Shown piece by piece: positions 34,998-38,412 of a stretch of DNA of 38,412 bases; the stretch's first letter is position 1; each line of letters begins with the position of its first letter. The DNA is taken from IMG/VR virus record IMGVR_UViG_3300045988_127166, positions 1 to 38,412 of that record; one strand, 5' to 3'. Under the pieces are notes generated by a model. The model was given only the letters and a program-made list of their open reading frames with translations. It did no database searches and had not been told where the DNA came from. Made by a program: the position numbers and the translations under genes. The DNA comes from a virus.

Positions 34998-35729
34998 ATG
35001 AACAATGAAACATTGAATGTCTGTGGGACAGAAATGGCGATCAGAGAATACGCCGGTCAAAGGGTAGTAACTTTCAAGGATATTGATAAGGTACACAACC
35101 GTCCGGACGGAACAGCAAGGTGGCGCTTCCATGACAACAGAAAACGTTTTATTGAGGGCGTGGATTTCTTCAAAATAACTCCGCAAACCCTTGAAAACAC
35201 TGAATTGTGCGAAAAACGGACATTTGGAATTGAAACTGTAAGTCCACGAGGAACTATCTTCCTTACAGAACAGGGATATCTAATGATTGTAAAGTCCCTC
35301 ACGGATGATCTGGCATGGGCGGTACAACGGAAACTGGTCAGTTCGTATTTCAAAATTAAGGAAGAAAAGAAGCACGCTCTGTCCGAAGAATATGCGCTGC
35401 GTCTTGCCGAGCTGGTAAACAATACACCACCAGAGAATATGCCGATCATCAGAGAGATATTTGCACAGGCTGGGATCCATATACCGGAACACATTACTAC
35501 CTGCAGCACTTATCAAGGTACAGATGTCATAACTAACTTCCTGCAGGGTGTAAATGTGGTAGGCAGACCGTCCAGCGATGTATATGCTGAATATAGAGAC
35601 TGGTGCTCTATGAACGGTACTGTGCCGGTATCGAATATCGCTTTTTCCAAGATCGTGAATAAGATCCTTGCAACCCACGTTAAACCAATGAAAGTATGTG
35701 GAGTCTGCCGCAGAGTATTTATACATTGA
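34998..35729 (+). CDS. ORF6N/KilA-N-like DNA-binding protein with a primase-C-terminal-like winged-helix tail
   Basis: AIREYAGQRVVTFKDIDKVHNRPDGTARWRFHDNRKRFIEGVDFF is ORF6N-like. The C-terminus SDVYAEYRDWC...VSNIAFSKIVNK parallels the primase C-terminus. ATG behind AAGAGGTGA. Confidence 0.6.
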   Translation: MNNETLNVCGTEMAIREYAGQRVVTFKDIDKVHNRPDGTARWRFHDNRKRFIEGVDFFKITPQTLENTELCEKRTFGIETVSPRGTIFLTEQGYLMIVKSLTDDLAWAVQRKLVSSYFKIKEEKKHALSEEYALRLAELVNNTPPENMPIIREIFAQAGIHIPEHITTCSTYQGTDVITNFLQGVNVVGRPSSDVYAEYRDWCSMNGTVPVSNIAFSKIVNKILATHVKPMKVCGVCRRVFIH

Positions 35730-35749
35730 AAAGAGGTGAAAACTACATA

Positions 35750-36133
35750 ATGAATGAACGAATCAAAAAGCTCAGAAAAGAGTTAGATTTAACACAGCAG
35801 GAATTTGCTGACAAAGTGGGTATACCCAGAGACAGCATAGGTGGCTATGAAATCGGAAGAAGAAGCCCGAGTGAAGCTGCAATATCACTCATATGCACTA
35901 AATGTAATGTAAACGAAGAATGGCTGCGCACTGGTCAGGGTGAAATGTTCCTCCCTTCGACCAGAGAAGAGGAAATTGCCAAACTAACCAAGAAGCTGCT
36001 GGATGAAGAGACAGATTCCTTTAAGAACAAAATGATATCTGTTCTCGCAAATCTGACAGATAAGCAGTGGGAAACACTGGCAGAGATAGCACAGAAATTC
36101 AAAGAAGAATGTGAAAATGAAAAGGCAGACTAA
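35750..36133 (+). CDS. Xre/CI-type HTH regulator (candidate repressor)
   Basis: IKKLRKELDLTQQEFADKVGIPRDSIGGYEIGRRSPS. AGAGGTGA RBS. Confidence 0.75.
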   Translation: MNERIKKLRKELDLTQQEFADKVGIPRDSIGGYEIGRRSPSEAAISLICTKCNVNEEWLRTGQGEMFLPSTREEEIAKLTKKLLDEETDSFKNKMISVLANLTDKQWETLAEIAQKFKEECENEKAD

Positions 36134-36135
36134 TT

Positions 36136-36237
36136 TTAGTCTGCCAGAAACGTTTTGATAAGCTGGTAAATGTACTTAAGATACTTTTCATTGTCAAGCT
36201 CATCCAGCATTTTAATGATAAGTGTTTTATAGTCCAT
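36136..36237 (-). CDS. Possible 33-aa ORF convergent with the Xre gene (not in the ORF track)
   Basis: My translation is MDYKTLIIKMLDELDNEKYLKYIYQLIKTFLAD. GAGGGGTGG RBS. Its stop lies in the same palindrome as the Xre stop. Confidence 0.35.
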   Translation of the reverse strand: MDYKTLIIKMLDELDNEKYLKYIYQLIKTFLAD

Positions 36238-36339
36238 ACTATCCACCCCTCTTCAACGCACATTCTAAAGTAGCGATAGTTATATAATAGAACATTTGTT
36301 CGATTATTGCAACGGTAATTTAGGGAAAGGAAGATTTCC

Positions 36340-36711
36340 ATGAACGAATTTTCCAAAAGACTACGGGGTCTCATGGAAGAACATGACGTTACAGCCACTG
36401 ATGTCGTACGCCTGTCAAAGCGATATGACAGCAAAGGTATATCCAAGGTAAATATGTCACAGTGGCTGTCCGGTTCATGTATTCCTAACTCTGCAAACAT
36501 CTATCTGCTGTCAAGGGTGTTCAATGTGACTCCTGATTATCTCATGGGTAAGAAAGGGGTAAGTGCTTCACAGAAGCCCTTGTCAGATGATGTATTCCAG
36601 ATGATAGACCTGTACTCCAAGTTAAATGCAGAGGGTAAGGCTGCGGCGCTGCAACGACTGTCAGAACTTACCCAGCTAAAGCAATATGCACTCCCAAAGA
36701 AGGAAAAATAG
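36340..36711 (+). CDS. Second Xre-type HTH regulator
   Basis: SKRLRGLMEEHDVTATDVVRLSK...SKVNMSQWLSGSCIPNSANIYLLSRVFNVTPDYLMG. Ends 15 nt before IR-R. Confidence 0.7.
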   Translation: MNEFSKRLRGLMEEHDVTATDVVRLSKRYDSKGISKVNMSQWLSGSCIPNSANIYLLSRVFNVTPDYLMGKKGVSASQKPLSDDVFQMIDLYSKLNAEGKAAALQRLSELTQLKQYALPKKEK

Positions 36712-36726
36712 CTCTCTTACTTACCT

Positions 36727-36905
36727 GTTACGCTTTGGGTTACGGCGAGTTACGGTGTCGGGTTACGGTTCAAAGCCTTGTAAATACTGGCGGTTACGGT
36801 AGGTTACGGTTAAAGTCATATTCTTTTAATTTTACAAAATTTCATCGTCGATACGATGATGAAATAGAAAATATATAAGTAATAGTATAAACCGTAACCT
36901 GTAAC
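36727..36905. repeat. 179-bp inverted repeat, right copy (IR-R)
   Basis: Exact reverse complement of 20242-20420. GGTTACGG at 36738, 36761, 36792 and 36802, AGTTACGG at 36748, CCGTAACC at 36892, and one extra CCGTAACC just outside at 36908. Confidence 0.9.
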
Positions 36906-36917
36906 TACCGTAACCTG

Positions 36918-36950
36918 AAAAAAAAGACACCCAACCGCTGCAACGGTTGG
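36918..36950 (-). terminator. Terminator-like hairpin oriented for leftward transcription
   Basis: ccaaccg-6 nt-cggttgg stem. On the minus strand it is followed, after 5 nt, by TTTTTTTT. Confidence 0.4.
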
Positions 36951-36961
36951 ATGCCTGCTAC

Positions 36962-37040
36962 CAAGTCAAGGATGAAATGACTTGAAAAAACGCATTTCAA
37001 TTATAGCATTTCATCCTTCACTTTTCAATGAAAGGATGAA
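36962..37040 (+). promoter_or_regulatory. Integrase leader with mutually exclusive pairings that can occlude the SD
   Basis: aaggatgaaatg (36968-79), catttcatcctt (37007-18) and aaggatgaa (37032-40, the SD region). The middle element is perfectly complementary to both others. Confidence 0.45.
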
Positions 37041-37045
37041 CAATC

Positions 37046-38062
37046 ATGGGAAGAAGAAACCCTAACGGCTACGGCTGCGTCACTAAACTGTCCGGACGCA
37101 GATCACGGCCTTGGTGTGTCAAGATCACCACTTATGACTCCGAAGGACAGGCAAAGCAAACACCGATCGGCTATGCTGCCACAGAAGAAGAGGCCAATAT
37201 CCTGTTGGCAGAATATAATAATAACCCTTGGAATATAGACCGGGAGCGAGTGACTCTTCTCCTTCTATATCAGCGGTGGGCTGAAATCAAGCTACCAAAG
37301 CTTGGAAAATCCAATCAATCCTCCTTGCGAGCGGCATTTAAACACTGTTCCAAATACTATGGGGTTAAATATCGGTCTCTGCGCTCATATCATATGCAGG
37401 ACTGCATAGATAACTGCGGCCGTGGTGCTTCTATGCAGTCCTGCATAAAAAACCTGTGGGGGCATCTGGATAGATTTGCATTCGAAATTGACCTGATAGA
37501 TAAGATGTATTCACAGATCACCACTGCACCGCCAATACCGGAAACAACCCGGACTCCTTTTACCAAGGCTCAGATAGATGCTCTATGGGCGGTCAAAGAT
37601 GAACCATGGGTGAATACCGTATTGATCTATATTTATACCGGCTTCCGGCTTCAAGAACTCCTGACCATGAAAACGGATCAGGTGAACCTCGAAGAATGGT
37701 ACTTTCAAGGTGGATTGAAGACCGCTGCCGGTAAAGGCCGTATCGTACCAATACATGACAGGATCCGACCACTTGTACAACATCTTGTGTATCAGAACAC
37801 GGAGTACCTTTTCACCTTTCAGGGGAAAAAATTCTGTAAATCAATTTATTATAGATGTTGGAGTGAGGTTATGAATAAAATCGGTGCTGATAAGACACCT
37901 CACGAAGCACGACATACCTTTGAAACTAATCTTGATAATGCCAAAGGTAACCGAAAATGTATAGACATGCTGATGGGACATAAGTCAAATGATGTGGGAA
38001 ACCGGGTATACAATCATAAGACGATTGAACAGCTTCGTGAAACCATCGCCCTGTTGGAGTAA
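37046..38062 (+). CDS. int: Tyrosine recombinase (phage integrase)
   Basis: C-terminal catalytic pattern: GFRLQELL (Arg), HEARHTF (His-x-x-Arg), LMGHKS (His), VYNH (Tyr). Terminal position next to the repeat. Confidence 0.9.
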   Translation: MGRRNPNGYGCVTKLSGRRSRPWCVKITTYDSEGQAKQTPIGYAATEEEANILLAEYNNNPWNIDRERVTLLLLYQRWAEIKLPKLGKSNQSSLRAAFKHCSKYYGVKYRSLRSYHMQDCIDNCGRGASMQSCIKNLWGHLDRFAFEIDLIDKMYSQITTAPPIPETTRTPFTKAQIDALWAVKDEPWVNTVLIYIYTGFRLQELLTMKTDQVNLEEWYFQGGLKTAAGKGRIVPIHDRIRPLVQHLVYQNTEYLFTFQGKKFCKSIYYRCWSEVMNKIGADKTPHEARHTFETNLDNAKGNRKCIDMLMGHKSNDVGNRVYNHKTIEQLRETIALLE

Positions 38063-38070
38063 TTTATAAA

Positions 38071-38102
38071 ACTGAACTTTTCACTGAACAGGCTGAACTT
38101 TT
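38071..38102 (+). promoter_or_regulatory. Cluster of ACTGAAC(TTTT) repeats, candidate integrase arm-type sites
   Basis: actgaactttt 38071-81, actgaaca 38083-90, gctgaactttt 38092-102. Related copies lie across the junction at 99-107 (cactgaact) and 231-242 (inverted, cactgaactttt). Confidence 0.45.
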
Positions 38103-38218
38103 CTTGCTTTTCCCTGATTTATATGCTATCCTTGAATAGAGGAAAAGCCAGAGAAGCGGCCTACCCTCAACAATACGACATTTTTAGCACAGCCGTCACT
38201 ATTGCGAGTAGTTGGCGG

Positions 38219-38308
38219 CTATTTTCTGCCCTTAAAGATTGCATAACACAATCCTATAAGGGTAACAATGAACATACTGAACTCAATAAGCTCTGAATAT
38301 GTAACCAT
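38219..38308 (-). CDS. 29-aa holin-like / type I toxin-like hydrophobic peptide (not in the ORF track)
   Basis: My translation is MVTYSELIEFSMFIVTLIGLCYAIFKGRK: one TM helix plus a basic tail. AGGAGG lies 9 nt upstream. It resembles the short Firmicutes holin-like toxin / BsrG-type peptides. Confidence 0.55.
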   Translation of the reverse strand: MVTYSELIEFSMFIVTLIGLCYAIFKGRK

Positions 38309-38357
38309 TGGCATCGCCCTCCTTTCTTTTGTCCGGATGGGTTAGCCCCTCCATAAC

Positions 38358-38412
38358 ATAATAGAGGGTGGCCGCCTTTGCTCTCTGACTTTCCTTAATT
38401 GGCATTATATCA
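38358..38412. repeat. Terminal direct repeat, right copy
   Basis: Identical to 1-55. Confidence 0.95.

Larger units (their letters stand above)
1..38412. mobile_element. Complete temperate tailed-phage (siphovirus-type) genome / prophage
   Basis: Full colinear module set is present: integrase, Xre regulators, divergent switch, replication genes, late activator, terS/terL, portal, MuF, scaffold, capsid, head-tail joining, major tail, G/GT chaperones, tape measure, tail tip, holin, endolysin. Identical 55-bp direct repeats bound it, with the integrase at one end and the lysis cassette at the other. Confidence 0.9.

Noticed and set aside
35057-35726. Two ~150-aa minus-strand ORFs opposite the ORF6N gene
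   Set aside because: They are antisense shadow ORFs with no RBS and no motifs. The plus-strand gene has a promoter, an RBS and a recognisable domain.
36099-36500. 133-aa minus-strand ORF spanning the gap between the two Xre genes
   Set aside because: It overlaps the 5' half of the well-supported Xre gene 36340-36711 antisense, and it has no RBS. Only the short 33-aa ORF, in a different frame and with a good RBS, was retained, at low confidence.
20242-36905. The 179-bp inverted repeats as terminal inverted repeats of a nested transposon or a self-synthesising (PolB-carrying, casposon/pipolin-like) element
   Set aside because: There is no target-site duplication: the flanks are ...ctcacag versus taccgtaa.... 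There is no transposase or Cas1 inside. The segment is the phage's own indispensable early/immunity region, and its operon reads straight on into the late genes. I kept it as a repeat finding but not as a mobile-element call.
1-38412. Search for tRNA, rRNA, tmRNA-like or riboswitch-like elements, including whether the 55-bp repeat is a tRNA 3' end
   Set aside because: I saw no cloverleaf-compatible segment, no CCA-proximal acceptor/T-arm pattern in the repeat, and no long conserved-looking non-coding RNA. This is eye inspection only, so tRNAscan/Infernal should confirm it.

Overview
This window is one complete temperate tailed-phage genome of about 38.4 kb with siphovirus-type gene order. It is bounded by a perfect 55-bp direct repeat (1-55 = 38358-38412). 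Nearly everything from 302 to 34807 is on the minus strand. Read 5'->3' on that strand, the order is: early/replication operon (34807 down to 20529); sigma-like late activator; terS, terL, portal, MuF; scaffold, capsid; head-tail joining proteins; major tail, G/GT chaperones with a -1 frameshift, tape measure, tail tip; holin, endolysin. The plus-strand block 34998-38062 is the lysogeny module: an ORF6N-type DNA-binding protein, two Xre-type regulators and a tyrosine integrase. A divergent promoter/operator switch sits at 34851-34971. A Firmicutes/Clostridia-like host is an inference only, based on the GH25+SH3 endolysin, the holin type, a SleB-like hydrolase and GGAGG-type ribosome-binding sites. 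I saw no tRNA, rRNA or CRISPR array. All protein calls come from motif recognition and synteny, not from database searches.

The structures ordinary phage annotation does not explain are:
1. A perfect 179-bp inverted repeat pair (20242-20420 and 36727-36905). Each copy is an iteron-like GGTTACGG array around an AT-rich core. The pair brackets the whole 16.3-kb early/immunity segment, and the copies face outward onto the late activator and the integrase.
2. A MuF head protein fused to an HExxH metallopeptidase-like C-terminal domain, followed by a small acidic ORF. This looks like a polymorphic toxin/immunity cassette and has a sharp drop in G+C.
3. A pentapeptide-type (NTGDx) repeat protein encoded by perfect 15/75-nt tandem repeats.
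4. A 29-aa holin-like/type I toxin-like ORF whose promoter spans the terminal repeat.
5. A three-element alternative-pairing leader in front of the integrase.
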